Part shown: positions 10,576 through 21,212 of the stretch, in pieces
Layout: the number at the start of each line of letters is the position of its first letter
Numbering within the stretch: position 1 is the stretch's first letter
NCBI GenBank assembly: GCA_039587465.1
Contig: JBDHIL010000010.1
Coordinates: 56,511-120,510, forward strand
Reading direction: 5' to 3'
Length of the DNA: 64,000 bases
DNA from: Gemmatimonadota bacterium
GTDB taxonomy: Bacteria; Gemmatimonadota; Gemmatimonadetes; Longimicrobiales; Gaopeijiaceae
The notes under the pieces: generated by a model
Databases searched by the model: none
Told to the model about the DNA's origin: nothing
Seen by the model: the letters and a program-made list of their open reading frames with translations, nothing else
Made by a program: the position numbers and the translations under genes

Positions 10576-11905
10576 GACCACGGATCTCGTCGAGCCGTGC
10601 CTGCGTCTTCGCCTCGAAGCGGGCCACGATGACGGGCTGAGTGTTGGAAGCACGCATGAGCGCCCATCCGTCTCCATAGAGCACGCGGGCTCCATCGACG
10701 TCGATGACCTCGTGCGTGGACTTGAAGTGCTTCACGGCATCCTTCACCACCTTCCACTTCTGCTCCTCAGTGACGTCGATGCGTATCTCGGCGGTGGACA
10801 CGTAGACCGGGAAATCCGCGACCATCTCCGAGAGAGACCGATCCGATCGGGCCACGAGGTCGATGAGACGGCAGGCATCGTAGAGCGCGTCGTCGAAGCC
10901 GAAGTAGTCGTCCGCAATCATGATGTGACCGCTGAGCTCACCCGCGAGGAGGGCTCCAGTCTCTTTCATCTTCTTCTTGATGAGTGAGTGGCCGGTCTGC
11001 CACATCACCGGGTCGCCGCCGGCGGCGCCGAACACCTCAGGCAGCACCTGGGAGCACTTGACGTCGAAGATGAGCTTCTGGCCTGGCCCCCTCTTCTTCA
11101 GCAAGTCGAGCCCATACAGAAGCAGGAGGATGTCTCCCCGGATGATGGCACCGTTTTCGTCCACGGCCCCGATGCGGTCGGCATCGCCGTCGAACGCGAC
11201 CCCCAGGTCGTGGGGACTGGCCCTCACCGCCCGGATGAGATCCTCGAGGTTCTCGTCGACCGTGGGATCCGGATGGTGGTTCGGAAAGGTCCCGTCGGAT
11301 TCGCAGAACAGAGGCGTTACCTCACAGCCCATGGCCTCGAGGAGGGGCACGGTGAGGAGCGCGCCCGTCCCGTTACCGGCGTCGGCCGCGACCTTCATGG
11401 GTCGTGCGAGTTCAAAACGCCCAGCGACGTCGGCAATGTACCGCTCGAGAACGTCTTCCCGATCGTGGACCCCCGCGCCTGAGGTGAAGTCACCGTCGAC
11501 GATCCTCCGTCTGAGGTCCTGGATCGCACTGCCATACATGGAATGGCCGCCCACCGACATCTTGATGCCGTTCCACTCGGGCGGGTTGTGTGACCCCGTG
11601 AGCTGAACGGCAGCGTCCGTACCCGAGGTGGCGTCCGCCCAGTACAGCGTAGGCGTGGGGACCGTGCCGACGTCGAGCACATCACAGCCGGCGGCTCTGA
11701 GTCCCGCAATCAGCCCCGCGACGAGCGCAGGCGAGGTCTCACGGTTGTCATGCCCCACCGCCAGCCTCGGACCGTCCTTGTCGGTAGCGCCGCGCACATG
11801 GGAACCGAAGGCGCGTCCGACGGCTTCGGTGACCTCAGGATCGAGGTCTTCGCCCACGATGCCGCGGATGTCGTATTCACGGAAGATATGAGAAGCAGGA
11901 TGCAT
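10535..11905 (-). CDS. phosphomannomutase/phosphoglucomutase (alpha-D-phosphohexomutase family)
   Basis: TGSHNPPEWNGIK active-site serine loop, DGDADR metal loop; start taken at MHPASHIF. Confidence 0.85.
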   Translation of the reverse strand: MHPASHIFREYDIRGIVGEDLDPEVTEAVGRAFGSHVRGATDKDGPRLAVGHDNRETSPALVAGLIAGLRAAGCDVLDVGTVPTPTLYWADATSGTDAAVQLTGSHNPPEWNGIKMSVGGHSMYGSAIQDLRRRIVDGDFTSGAGVHDREDVLERYIADVAGRFELARPMKVAADAGNGTGALLTVPLLEAMGCEVTPLFCESDGTFPNHHPDPTVDENLEDLIRAVRASPHDLGVAFDGDADRIGAVDENGAIIRGDILLLLYGLDLLKKRGPGQKLIFDVKCSQVLPEVFGAAGGDPVMWQTGHSLIKKKMKETGALLAGELSGHIMIADDYFGFDDALYDACRLIDLVARSDRSLSEMVADFPVYVSTAEIRIDVTEEQKWKVVKDAVKHFKSTHEVIDVDGARVLYGDGWALMRASNTQPVIVARFEAKTQARLDEIRGHVYDWLRGQGVEV

Positions 11906-12152
11906 AGTCTGGCATGAGTTCAGGAGTCGGAATCGAGACATGGAAGCTAGGCGAGAGCGCGGTGAAGGGTCAACGAGCGGAATCTTCCATCCCGACGGTT
12001 ATCCGGGATACCGCGCGGCCTTCGTACGAGCCATCGATGGTGCGCCCCCCGAAATCCAGACCCCACACTGGATCTGTATCGCACCCGAGGATCCGGGGCT
12101 GCTACGGTCCACCGAGCGCGGAAGCGCCTCACAACAGGCGCAGAACAGGCTA

Positions 12153-12180
12153 CGCCCCGGGGCACATGGGCCCCGGGGCG
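12153..12180. repeat. tandem pair of GCCCCGGGGC palindromes forming a 28-bp near-perfect inverted repeat
   Basis: cGCCCCGGGGCacatggGCCCCGGGGCg read directly; lies 3' of the secreted-protein gene and 5' of the phosphomannomutase gene. Confidence 0.7.
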
Positions 12181-12209
12181 TTCTTCCTAGCCTAGGCTGT
12201 GGACCGGGC

Positions 12210-12929
12210 CTAGTTCCAGCTGATCACGGCCCCGTTCCAGACGGTACCCAGATTGGTGACCTGGATGCGGAAGGGCCCCGTCCACTGCGGCTGGGCTTCG
12301 AGAATGCACCAGTCCGTGTAGTCGGTGTCCGAATCGATGAGGTTTCCGTTCTCATCGTAGAGCCAGCAGTCGAGGTCGGTGTCTCCATCGCCACGCACGT
12401 CGATGCGCGCATACTCGCCGCCTCGCAGGTCCTGGATCCAGAAGTTCTGCGTCGACTGGGCCCCGATCCGCCGGGATTCGGAACCGGCCCCACGCGTGGA
12501 CCCCTTGCTCTGACCAGCCGTGGACTGCATGGCCGCGATGACGCCGTGCATGTCCTCGTCACTCGACATGGCCGCGGCGTCCGCCAGAAGCCGCTCAGCG
12601 TCCAGGTGTACCGCTTCCCCACTCTTGCTGTCCTCAGCGACACCCGCTCGCTCCACGTCGCCGTCCTCCAGCTGCATCATGCCCGAGGGCGGATTGTCCA
12701 TCAGGAGCTTGGCAGCAGCCACAAGAACCGCGGGACTGCTGTTCTCGTACCCGTAGTGGGCAAGGCGAGCTACGGTCGACAGAATGTCCACGGACTCGGA
12801 GACATCAGCGTCCACGGAGAAGTTCTTGCTGTCGTTGTTGACCGCACCGGCGCCCTGCGCGCTCACTGATGGGACGGCAACTGTGGAAGCCACCATCAGG
12901 GCGCAGAGAATCTGGGTTGTTCGCTTCAT
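12210..12929 (-). CDS. secreted hypothetical protein with C-terminal PPC (pre-peptidase C-terminal)-like domain
   Basis: Signal peptide MKRTTQILCALMVASTVAVPSVSAQG; C-terminal DTDLDCWLYDENGNLIDSD...ILE pattern resembles PPC domains; no catalytic domain recognised. Confidence 0.55.
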   Translation of the reverse strand: MKRTTQILCALMVASTVAVPSVSAQGAGAVNNDSKNFSVDADVSESVDILSTVARLAHYGYENSSPAVLVAAAKLLMDNPPSGMMQLEDGDVERAGVAEDSKSGEAVHLDAERLLADAAAMSSDEDMHGVIAAMQSTAGQSKGSTRGAGSESRRIGAQSTQNFWIQDLRGGEYARIDVRGDGDTDLDCWLYDENGNLIDSDTDYTDWCILEAQPQWTGPFRIQVTNLGTVWNGAVISWN

Positions 12930-13186
12930 GCATACCTCCGGGAGAGTCAGGTGCCAGGCTGAGACATATCCTCAGGCTGGGCAGGGCCACAGTTTCGGGT
13001 GCGAGAGTCGACATGGCAAATGCAGGTCACCGACCCCTCGGCTGCTTCACGTCACACCAATGGCAGCGCTGCACACAATGCTACTGACCTCGACCCGAAA
13101 GGGTCCACGCGCCTCGGTCGTGCACTCCGTCTGACGGCCCTCACGGGCCATGTCGACCACTCTCTTTCCATCTGAACGCCAAGACG

Positions 13187-13216
13187 ATCAGAAGAAAAGG
13201 GCGCCCCCAGTCCGAG
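13187..13216 (-). terminator. rho-independent terminator downstream of nuoN
   Basis: Perfect 11-bp stem AAGGGCGCCCC/GGGGCGCCCTT with a 7-8-nt loop, followed on the minus strand by TTTTCTTCTG. Confidence 0.75.
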
Positions 13217-13255
13217 GGGCGCCCTTCCTGTCCAGCGAACCAGCCGTGCCGCAGG

Positions 13256-14794
13256 CTAGGGCGCCATCCCGAGCAGACTTCCGCCCAGCGCGCCCAGCCC
13301 CTGAACGCTGGCCTGTGCGAAGTCGAGCATGGCACCGGGGAAAAGTCCCAGGTAGATGATCACCGCCACACTGGCGAAGAGCGCCGCCCGCATCGGGAGC
13401 GGTGAGATCACCAATCCGTGCTGGTCCGCACGGACAGGGTCCTTCATCCACATGAACCACGCGACCCGCAGGTAATACCAATACGAAGCCAGGGTGGTGA
13501 GCACGAGGATCGTCATGAGGACCCAAAGCTCGGCATCGGCAGCTCCCTGGAGCAGGTAGATCTTGCCCATGAAGCCCCCGGTGCCGGGGAATCCCGCCAA
13601 CGACAGGAGGAAGATGGTCAGGAAGACGCCCAACATCGGCTGGCTCCAACCGAACCCGGCGTAGTCCTCGATCTGCAGTCGCTCTTCGCCCTGGTGCGCG
13701 ACGCTGATGACGATGGCGAACGCTCCCACGTTCATGACCGTGTAGACCAGGAGGTAGAAGAGGATACCGGCGACCGCGACGCTGTTGGCAGCGGTCAGGG
13801 CGACCAGGAGGTATCCGGCGTGCGCGATGCTCGAGTAGGCGAGCATGCGTTTCACGTTCGACTGGACCAGCGCGATGAGGTTTGCGGTCACCATCGTGAT
13901 GGCGGCCAACCACCAGAAGAGCGGGTACCACGTTTCGTAGGCCCCATCGAAGCCGACCAGGAAGACGCGGACCAGAGCAATGAACGCGGCCGCCTTGACC
14001 GCAACCGACATGAACGCCGTGACCGGTGCAGGCGCTCCCTCGTACACGTCCGGTGTCCACATGTGGAATGGCACGGCGCTCACCTTGAACGCGAAGCCCA
14101 CCACCATGAGCCCGATGCCCAAGGCGAGCATTCCCCCGGTCGCAGAGCCACCGGAAATCGCTTCACCGATCGCTCCGATGTTCGTGCTCCCGGTGGCGCC
14201 GTATACCAGGGCAATCCCGTAGAGCAGGAAGCCCGTGGCGAATGCCCCTAGCAGGAAGTACTTGAGCCCTGCCTCGGCCGAACGGCGGTCCCGCCTGTTG
14301 AAGGCGGTCAGCGCGTAGACCGAGATCGACATGACCTCGAGGCCGAGGAACATCACGACCAGATCGCGGGCACCTGCCATGAACATCATGCCCGCAGTCG
14401 ACAACAGGATGAGACCGTAGAACTCACCGGCCTGGAGCCGCTGGCGGTATACGTAGGAGAACGAGATCAGAATCGACAACGCAGCCGCGATCAGGAAGAT
14501 CCAGTTCGCGAAGAGTCGGAAATCGTCCACAGCCACGAGCGACGCGCTCCCGACCTCGGTTACACTGTAGAGCCAGCCGTTGAAGAAGCCCGCGATCAGA
14601 AGCCCTACCAGCGCCAGCCACCCAAGCTCGGAAATCGCCCCGAAACTCGGGGCCGCCGAAGGCTCACCGCTCCTGCCTGGACGGTGCCTTCCGGACACCC
14701 CCGCGACCAGGACCAACATCCCGAAGCAGCAGAGCACGATCTCCGGGAGCAGAGCCCACACGTAGTGGAGTTGGCGACTGAAATCGAGTTCCAT
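13256..14794 (-). CDS. nuoN: NADH-quinone oxidoreductase subunit N
   Basis: 512 aa polytopic antiporter-like subunit; last gene of the nuo operon. Confidence 0.9.
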   Translation of the reverse strand: MELDFSRQLHYVWALLPEIVLCCFGMLVLVAGVSGRHRPGRSGEPSAAPSFGAISELGWLALVGLLIAGFFNGWLYSVTEVGSASLVAVDDFRLFANWIFLIAAALSILISFSYVYRQRLQAGEFYGLILLSTAGMMFMAGARDLVVMFLGLEVMSISVYALTAFNRRDRRSAEAGLKYFLLGAFATGFLLYGIALVYGATGSTNIGAIGEAISGGSATGGMLALGIGLMVVGFAFKVSAVPFHMWTPDVYEGAPAPVTAFMSVAVKAAAFIALVRVFLVGFDGAYETWYPLFWWLAAITMVTANLIALVQSNVKRMLAYSSIAHAGYLLVALTAANSVAVAGILFYLLVYTVMNVGAFAIVISVAHQGEERLQIEDYAGFGWSQPMLGVFLTIFLLSLAGFPGTGGFMGKIYLLQGAADAELWVLMTILVLTTLASYWYYLRVAWFMWMKDPVRADQHGLVISPLPMRAALFASVAVIIYLGLFPGAMLDFAQASVQGLGALGGSLLGMAP

Positions 14795-14797
14795 GGC

Positions 14798-16411
14798 TCA
14801 GTCCTCCACGACGGCGGGCGAGTCCGCGTCTTCGTCGTCGGTCTTCGTGGCGATCGTCACGGTCCCGTCCAGGTCGGAGGCCTGTGCGGTGGGCGCGGCC
14901 GGTGCCGCCGCCTCCACCCGAGCGAGCACGTCCCTCACGCTCGGCTCCATTCGCTCCAGGATGGGTGTGGGGAACCAGCCGATAATGAGCATCAGAGCGC
15001 ACAGCGGCGCCATGATGGCGATCTCCCGGCCGTTCAGGTCCTGGATTTCGACGTTTTCCGGCTTGTCCAGCTTGTTGAAGAACACCTTCTGAACCATGGG
15101 CAGCATGTAGTACGCGGCGAAGATCACACCCGTGGCCGCAATGATCGTCAGGGTGGGGTGCGTCTCGAATGCACCCAGGAGAGCCAGGAACTCACCCACG
15201 AACCCGCTCGTCCCCGGGACCCCGATCGACGCGAGCGCGGTGATCATGAAGGCCGTCGCCAGAATCGGCGCTACCCGGCTGATGCCTCCGAAAGCCGCGA
15301 TCTCACGCGTGTGACGGCGTTCGTACATCATCCCGAGCAGAAGGAACAGGGCGCCCGTGCTGATGCCGTGGGAAATCATGACGACGAGGCCGCCTTGCAG
15401 CCCATTCACCGTCAGGGCGAACACTCCGAGAACGACAAACCCCATATGGGCTACCGACGTATAGGCCACCAGTTTCTTGGCGTCGGGCTGTACCGCGGCG
15501 ACCCAGGCCGTGTAGATGATTCCGATGACCGCCAGAATCATCATCGTGGCCACCACCGTAGGATGCTGTGCCGCGAGCGGGAAGAGCGGCAGGAGGAATC
15601 GAAGGAATCCGTATGTGCCCATCTTCAGGAGCACGGCCGCCAGCACGACGGAGCCGGGTGTGGGAGCCTCCACGTGTGCGTCGGGAAGCCATGTGTGGAG
15701 TGGAAAGAGCGGCACCTTGACGCTGAACGCCAAGGCAAACGCGGCGAACAGCCACAACTGCTCTTCACCCGTCAGGGGCACCTGAAGCAGATCCGAGTAC
15801 GCGAACGTCGGGAATCCCAGGAGAGTCTTCGCCTGGTAGAACAGGTACAGCACCCCCACGAGCATGAGGAGGGATCCGAATGCCGTGAACAGGAAGAACT
15901 TGATCGCAGCATAGATCCGGCGCTCTCCGCCCCAGATCCCCACTATGAAGTACATGGGCACCAGGGTGAGCTCGAAGAACACGTAGAACAGGAAGAGGTC
16001 CGTGGCGACGAAGACCCCGACGACCCCCGCCTCGAGCAGGAGCATGAGGGCATAGAAGGCCCGCTCACGCTTCTTGATGTAGTTGAACGAACCCAGGATC
16101 GCCAATGACGTCGTGAACGTGGTCAACAGCACCATGAACAGGCTGATACCGTCCACCCCCAGGGAGTAGTTCACGCCCCATGCCGGTATCCAGGGGACAC
16201 TGCTCTCCATCTGCATGCCGCCCCAGCCGAGCTCGAAAGCCCACCACAGTCCCAGGCTGAGGATGAAGATCACCATCGACGACCAAAACGCGATGTGTTT
16301 GGCCGACGCCTCGCTACCCCAAAGCACGAGGCCCACGGCCAGGATGGGGAGCCAAATCAGGGCGTGCAGAATCCAGCCCGAATATCCGATCGAGTCGAGT
16401 AGTACGCTCAC
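14798..16411 (-). CDS. nuoM: NADH-quinone oxidoreductase subunit M
   Basis: 537 aa antiporter-like subunit. Confidence 0.9.
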   Translation of the reverse strand: MSVLLDSIGYSGWILHALIWLPILAVGLVLWGSEASAKHIAFWSSMVIFILSLGLWWAFELGWGGMQMESSVPWIPAWGVNYSLGVDGISLFMVLLTTFTTSLAILGSFNYIKKRERAFYALMLLLEAGVVGVFVATDLFLFYVFFELTLVPMYFIVGIWGGERRIYAAIKFFLFTAFGSLLMLVGVLYLFYQAKTLLGFPTFAYSDLLQVPLTGEEQLWLFAAFALAFSVKVPLFPLHTWLPDAHVEAPTPGSVVLAAVLLKMGTYGFLRFLLPLFPLAAQHPTVVATMMILAVIGIIYTAWVAAVQPDAKKLVAYTSVAHMGFVVLGVFALTVNGLQGGLVVMISHGISTGALFLLLGMMYERRHTREIAAFGGISRVAPILATAFMITALASIGVPGTSGFVGEFLALLGAFETHPTLTIIAATGVIFAAYYMLPMVQKVFFNKLDKPENVEIQDLNGREIAIMAPLCALMLIIGWFPTPILERMEPSVRDVLARVEAAAPAAPTAQASDLDGTVTIATKTDDEDADSPAVVED

Positions 16412-16423
16412 GTCACCCTCTCC

Positions 16424-18589
16424 CTAGAAAATGACGGCGCCGAGAACAAACAGCACGCCGAGTGAGAGGATGAAGGCGTAGGTATTCACCGAACCGGTGT
16501 GGAACAGGCTCCCGAACCAACCGAAGCCTCGCGCCATGTATCCGACCGCGTTCACGAACCCGTCGATGATCCCCGCATCGATGACCCTCCAGCAGAATCG
16601 GGAGGTGCGGATGATCGGCTGGACCACGATCGAGTCGTAGAGCTCGTCGACGTACCACTTGTTGAACAGCACTTTCCCGAAGCCGGTGGGTTCGGCGTCC
16701 TCGGCCGCGGGCTTGATGTCCCAACGGCCTACGATCTGAATGGAAACGACGACCACCGCGAGAGCGGCCACGGTCGAAATGACGGCCCACATCACCTCAC
16801 CGCCCCCGAAAGGAGCGTAGTGAGAGGCCTCACCGATGTTGGCCAGTTGCGTGGCCGTGGCGGAAGCGGTGACCGGCTCGAGCCAATGGTGCAGCCACTC
16901 GCTCATGGGCAGCGCCCCGAACCCACCCAGGAACGATGCTCTGAGCGCCTCGGGCACGTTGATCCACCCGCCGAACGCCGACAGCACCGCGAGCACGGCC
17001 AGCGGTACCCACATCACCGCCGGAGCCTCGTGGAGATGTCTCGACTCCTCCTGCCCGGTCCGGTTCGCACCGTGGAACGTCATGACCATCAGGCGAGTCA
17101 TGTAGAAAGCCGTCATCAGAGCCGCGGCGAGCGCCATGATCCAGAAGAGCGTGTACCACGCCCCGTACTGGGCGGACTCGGCATGCCCCATGGCGCCGAT
17201 CTGCCAAATGATCTCGTCCTTCGAAAAGAACCCGGCAAACGGCCAGATCCCGGCGATGGCCAGCGTGGCCACCCACATCACCACGAATGTGATGGGCATG
17301 AACTGCTTGAGGCCGCCCATGTTCCGCATGTCCTGCGGGTCCTCGTGATTGTGCGTGTGGTGATATGCCTCGTGCATCGAGTGGATCACCGCGCCGGAAC
17401 CCAGGAAGAGGAGCGCCTTGAAGAAGGCATGCGTCATCAGGTGGAAGATCCCGGCCGCGTATGCGCCCGCACCCACGCCCGCGAACATGTAGCCGAGCTG
17501 CGAGACCGTGGAGTAGGCCAGAACCTTCTTGATGTCGTACTGCTTGAGTGCGATGGTCGCGGCGAAGAGCGCCGTGAGCACTCCGACCCCGGTCACCACT
17601 CCGCTGCCGAGCGGAGAGAGAGCGAAGAGCGCTGATGAACGGGCCACCAGGTACACACCTGCGGTGACCATCGTTGCTGCATGGATGAGGGCCGAGACCG
17701 GGGTCGGGCCCGCCATCGCGTCCGGAAGCCACACGTAGAGCGGAATCTGCGCGCTCTTTCCGGCCGCGCCGAGGAAGAAGAAGAGGGTGATCGCCGCGAC
17801 CAGCCCACCTCCGTACGCCAACTCTTGGGAGGCGAGCGGCAGCACCTCCGCGAAATCCAGCGAGCCGAACGTGACGAAGAGCAGGAACATCGCCACGAGG
17901 AAGCCGAAGTCCCCGATCCGGTTGACGATGAAGGCCTTCTTGCCCGCGTCGGCCTTCTCGCGGTCGCTGAACCAGAATCCGATCAGCAGATACGAACAGA
18001 GCCCGACGCCTTCCCACCCGACGAACATCAGTGGGTAGCTCGACCCCATGACCAGGGTCAGCATGAAGAAGATGAACAGGTTGAGGTATGCGAAATACCT
18101 CGGGTAGCCCGTGTCCTCCTTCATGTAGCCCACGCTGAACACGTGGATGAGGAAGCCCACCCCGGTGACCACCATCATCATGACCAGTGACAGCTGGTCC
18201 AACTGGAGGGCGGCATCGACCGTGAACGTCCCGGTCGCCATCCACGTCCAGTAGTGGATCACCACCGGATCGTGGAGGTCGGCTCCGAGGGCCCGCACGA
18301 AGTTCACCAGCGTCAAGGCGAACGCAACCGCCAGTACACCGGGTCCGATCCAGGTTGGGAGCGTGTGGGTAGACGGTTTGCCTGTTGGGCCGTCCAGTTC
18401 CAACTCACCGCCGGCGCGGACGGCGTCGGCTGAGCGTCGGGCGTGCGACAAAGCCAGCACGCCGTTCACCGCGAACCCGATCAGGGGCAGCAGAACGATG
18501 AGACCGGGGAAGAAGGGCTCGAAAGCCCCTCCCGCCGCCGCCTCGTGTCCCCCGCCCTGGATCAGGAGCATCGAAAGGGTCGCGTGCAT
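16424..18589 (-). CDS. nuoL: NADH-quinone oxidoreductase subunit L
   Basis: 721 aa antiporter-like subunit with long C-terminal extension; start may be a few codons inside. Confidence 0.9.
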   Translation of the reverse strand: MHATLSMLLIQGGGHEAAAGGAFEPFFPGLIVLLPLIGFAVNGVLALSHARRSADAVRAGGELELDGPTGKPSTHTLPTWIGPGVLAVAFALTLVNFVRALGADLHDPVVIHYWTWMATGTFTVDAALQLDQLSLVMMMVVTGVGFLIHVFSVGYMKEDTGYPRYFAYLNLFIFFMLTLVMGSSYPLMFVGWEGVGLCSYLLIGFWFSDREKADAGKKAFIVNRIGDFGFLVAMFLLFVTFGSLDFAEVLPLASQELAYGGGLVAAITLFFFLGAAGKSAQIPLYVWLPDAMAGPTPVSALIHAATMVTAGVYLVARSSALFALSPLGSGVVTGVGVLTALFAATIALKQYDIKKVLAYSTVSQLGYMFAGVGAGAYAAGIFHLMTHAFFKALLFLGSGAVIHSMHEAYHHTHNHEDPQDMRNMGGLKQFMPITFVVMWVATLAIAGIWPFAGFFSKDEIIWQIGAMGHAESAQYGAWYTLFWIMALAAALMTAFYMTRLMVMTFHGANRTGQEESRHLHEAPAVMWVPLAVLAVLSAFGGWINVPEALRASFLGGFGALPMSEWLHHWLEPVTASATATQLANIGEASHYAPFGGGEVMWAVISTVAALAVVVVSIQIVGRWDIKPAAEDAEPTGFGKVLFNKWYVDELYDSIVVQPIIRTSRFCWRVIDAGIIDGFVNAVGYMARGFGWFGSLFHTGSVNTYAFILSLGVLFVLGAVIF

Positions 18590-18593
18590 GCCC

Positions 18594-18886
<293 letters not shown>

Positions 18887-18887
<1 letters not shown>

Positions 18888-19408
18888 CAGACGTGCCTCT
18901 TGGCCAGGACGAGCGCTCCGACGATGGCCACCAGAAGAAGGATCCCGGTGATCTCGAAGGGCACCACGTACGTGGTGAAGAGAGGTTCGGCGATCGCTCC
19001 CACAACGCCGAATTCCGCATTGGCGGCGTCGATCGCCGCCGCACCCGGGCCGCTGAGCCCCCCTGAACCGGCCGGAGCTCCCTGACCGCGTACCAGGAGC
19101 CCCGCCATGGCTCCGACCACCGCGAAAGAGAGGACCGAAAAGAGGCCCCCTTTGATATCGCGCGCGTAATCATGCCCCAGGTTCAGGAGCATGATCACGA
19201 ACAGGAAGAGGACCATGATGGCGCCCGCGTACACAATGATCTGGACGGCGCCCAGAAAGTGGGCTTCGAGCAGGATGAACTCGGCCGCGACCGCGGCCAG
19301 CGTCACCACCATGAACAGCAAGCTGCCCACGGGGCTCTTCGCCATCACGACACCCAGGGCACCACCCACGGCGATCGAGGCGAAGACGTAGAAGAGAATA
19401 TCTGCCAT
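18887..19408 (-). CDS. nuoJ: NADH-quinone oxidoreductase subunit J
   Basis: Start taken at [16 protein letters not shown]; the longer ORF upstream is probably not translated. Confidence 0.85.
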
Positions 19409-19908
19409 TACTCGGACCTCGGGTCGGACGGGTCCCAAAGCAAGGTGGTCGGGTGATCCTGCTCCATCAGGCGATCGATATCGTAGACGAAGCGATCGCG
19501 GCTGTACTCCGCATTCTCGAAGTGTCGCCCCACGTGAATCGCCTCCACGGGGCAGACCTCCTGACACATCCCGCAGAAGATGCAGCGGAATTCGTCGATG
19601 TCGTACACGACCGGATACCGATTGCCCTGATCGTCCTCACCGCCGACAAGGCGGATGCAGTTCGCCGGGCACACGGTCGGGCACAGGCCACACGCGACGC
19701 ACTTCGGGCGGCCGTCGGCGTGTACCTCCATCCGGTGCGTTCCTCTCCACCGGGGATCGAGATCCGTTTGCTCCTCGGGATACTGGCGAGTGAGCGTCGC
19801 CGGATTCACGAGGTGCTTGAACGTGAGAGCCATGCCCTTCAACGCCGCCCTCAGATAGGATGTCGTCTCCGGATCCGGCCGATGGAGCGTCTTGACCGTA
19901 ATTGCCAT
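19408..19908 (-). CDS. nuoI: NADH-quinone oxidoreductase subunit I (2x[4Fe-4S] ferredoxin)
   Basis: Two CxxCxxCxxxCP motifs. Confidence 0.92.
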   Translation of the reverse strand: MAITVKTLHRPDPETTSYLRAALKGMALTFKHLVNPATLTRQYPEEQTDLDPRWRGTHRMEVHADGRPKCVACGLCPTVCPANCIRLVGGEDDQGNRYPVVYDIDEFRCIFCGMCQEVCPVEAIHVGRHFENAEYSRDRFVYDIDRLMEQDHPTTLLWDPSDPRSE

Positions 19909-19927
19909 ATCGTCTCGCGTCCCTTGC

Positions 19928-21208
19928 TCAGTCGCCCGTCGCGGATGCGACGTTCGTGGTGCCCCCCCGCTGGGACTGCCGCGCAGCGGCCCCGGCGATG
20001 GTCTGACCTCGATCGATGAAGAACATGAAAGCCAGCGTCGCCATGAGGCTCACGCCCGTGAGGGCGGCCCCAAAACCAAATCCGTACGCCATGCCGATCT
20101 CGTCGAGTACGAGAATGGTCGCCGCCACCAGCATCACGTATGCGAGAGCCACCGGCAGCATGACCTTCCACCCGAGCGCCATCACCTGGTCGTACCGGAA
20201 ACGCGGGAGCGTCCAGCGGACCCAGATGTAGATCACGAGGAAGACACTCGTCTTGGCGGCGAACGCGGCGAAGGTCAGAAGCGTCTTCCAGACAGCCGGG
20301 GTAGCCGCCATCGCAGCGCCCGAGGCGTCGAAGCCACGGATCAGCTGGCCATCGTGCCAAAACGCGTTGTCCCATGTTCCGGGCAGATCCCAGCCGCCGA
20401 AGAACAGCGTCGCCATCAGCGCCGACGCGGCCACCATGTGGCTGAACTCACCGATCATGAACATGGAATACTTCATGGCGGAGTATTCGGTGAGGTATCC
20501 AGCGACGAGCTCAGACTCGGCTTCGGGCATATCGAACGGGAGCCGATTGGTCTCCGCGAACGCCGAGATGATGAAGAGTATGAAGCCCAGAGAAAGTGGG
20601 AATGCGAACCACATCCCGAGCTGCTGCTGCTGCCAAACCACCTCGGTCAGCGTGACGTTGCCTGCCAGCATGAGCACGCCGATGAGCGAGAGGCCCAACG
20701 CCACCTCGTAGCTCACCATCTGGGCCGAGGCCCGCAAGCCCCCGAGGAAGGCGTACTTGTTGTTCGAGGCCCATCCGCCGAGCACCACCCCGTACACTCC
20801 GAGCGAGCTGATGGCCAGGATGTAGAGGACGCCGATCGGAACATCCGCCACGATCATGTCGACCACACCCCAGGGGGTGGGAAGCGGCGCTGCGAAAGGA
20901 ATCACTGCAATGATCACCATGGCCGGAGCCATGGTGATCATCGGGCCCAACAGGAAGAAGAACTTGTGGGACCGGGCCGGCAGCGTCTCTTCCTTGAGGA
21001 AGTTCTTGATCCCGTCGGCGATCGGCTGGAGGAGCCCGAAGGGTCCGACGCGGTTCGGCCCGACCCTGTCCTGGATGAAGGCCGAGATGCGCCTCTCCGC
21101 CAGCGTGGTGTAGGCCACCACGAGCAGGAGAATCGTGAATACCGCCGTGACCTTCACGGTCATGGAAAGTGTGCCGGCGAGCCCGGAGATGGGCTGAAGA
21201 ACATCCAT
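19928..21208 (-). CDS. nuoH: NADH-quinone oxidoreductase subunit H
   Basis: 426 aa; LAERRISAFIQDRVGPNRVGPFGLLQPIADGIK signature. Confidence 0.92.
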   Translation of the reverse strand: MDVLQPISGLAGTLSMTVKVTAVFTILLLVVAYTTLAERRISAFIQDRVGPNRVGPFGLLQPIADGIKNFLKEETLPARSHKFFFLLGPMITMAPAMVIIAVIPFAAPLPTPWGVVDMIVADVPIGVLYILAISSLGVYGVVLGGWASNNKYAFLGGLRASAQMVSYEVALGLSLIGVLMLAGNVTLTEVVWQQQQLGMWFAFPLSLGFILFIISAFAETNRLPFDMPEAESELVAGYLTEYSAMKYSMFMIGEFSHMVAASALMATLFFGGWDLPGTWDNAFWHDGQLIRGFDASGAAMAATPAVWKTLLTFAAFAAKTSVFLVIYIWVRWTLPRFRYDQVMALGWKVMLPVALAYVMLVAATILVLDEIGMAYGFGFGAALTGVSLMATLAFMFFIDRGQTIAGAAARQSQRGGTTNVASATGD

Positions 21209-21212
21209 CCGG

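Noticed and set aside
11940-12869. 309-aa plus-strand ORF across the phosphomannomutase upstream region and the secreted-protein gene
   Set aside because: Antisense to a signal-peptide protein with a coherent domain; low-complexity translation.
14684-16108. 474-aa plus-strand ORF antisense to nuoM, and similar long antisense or alternate-frame ORFs at 16499-17635, 16830-18245, 19892-21280, 21450-22613, 23345-25006, 26284-27489
   Set aside because: All overlap well-supported nuo genes and have Arg/His/Asp-rich low-complexity translations; high-GC artefacts.
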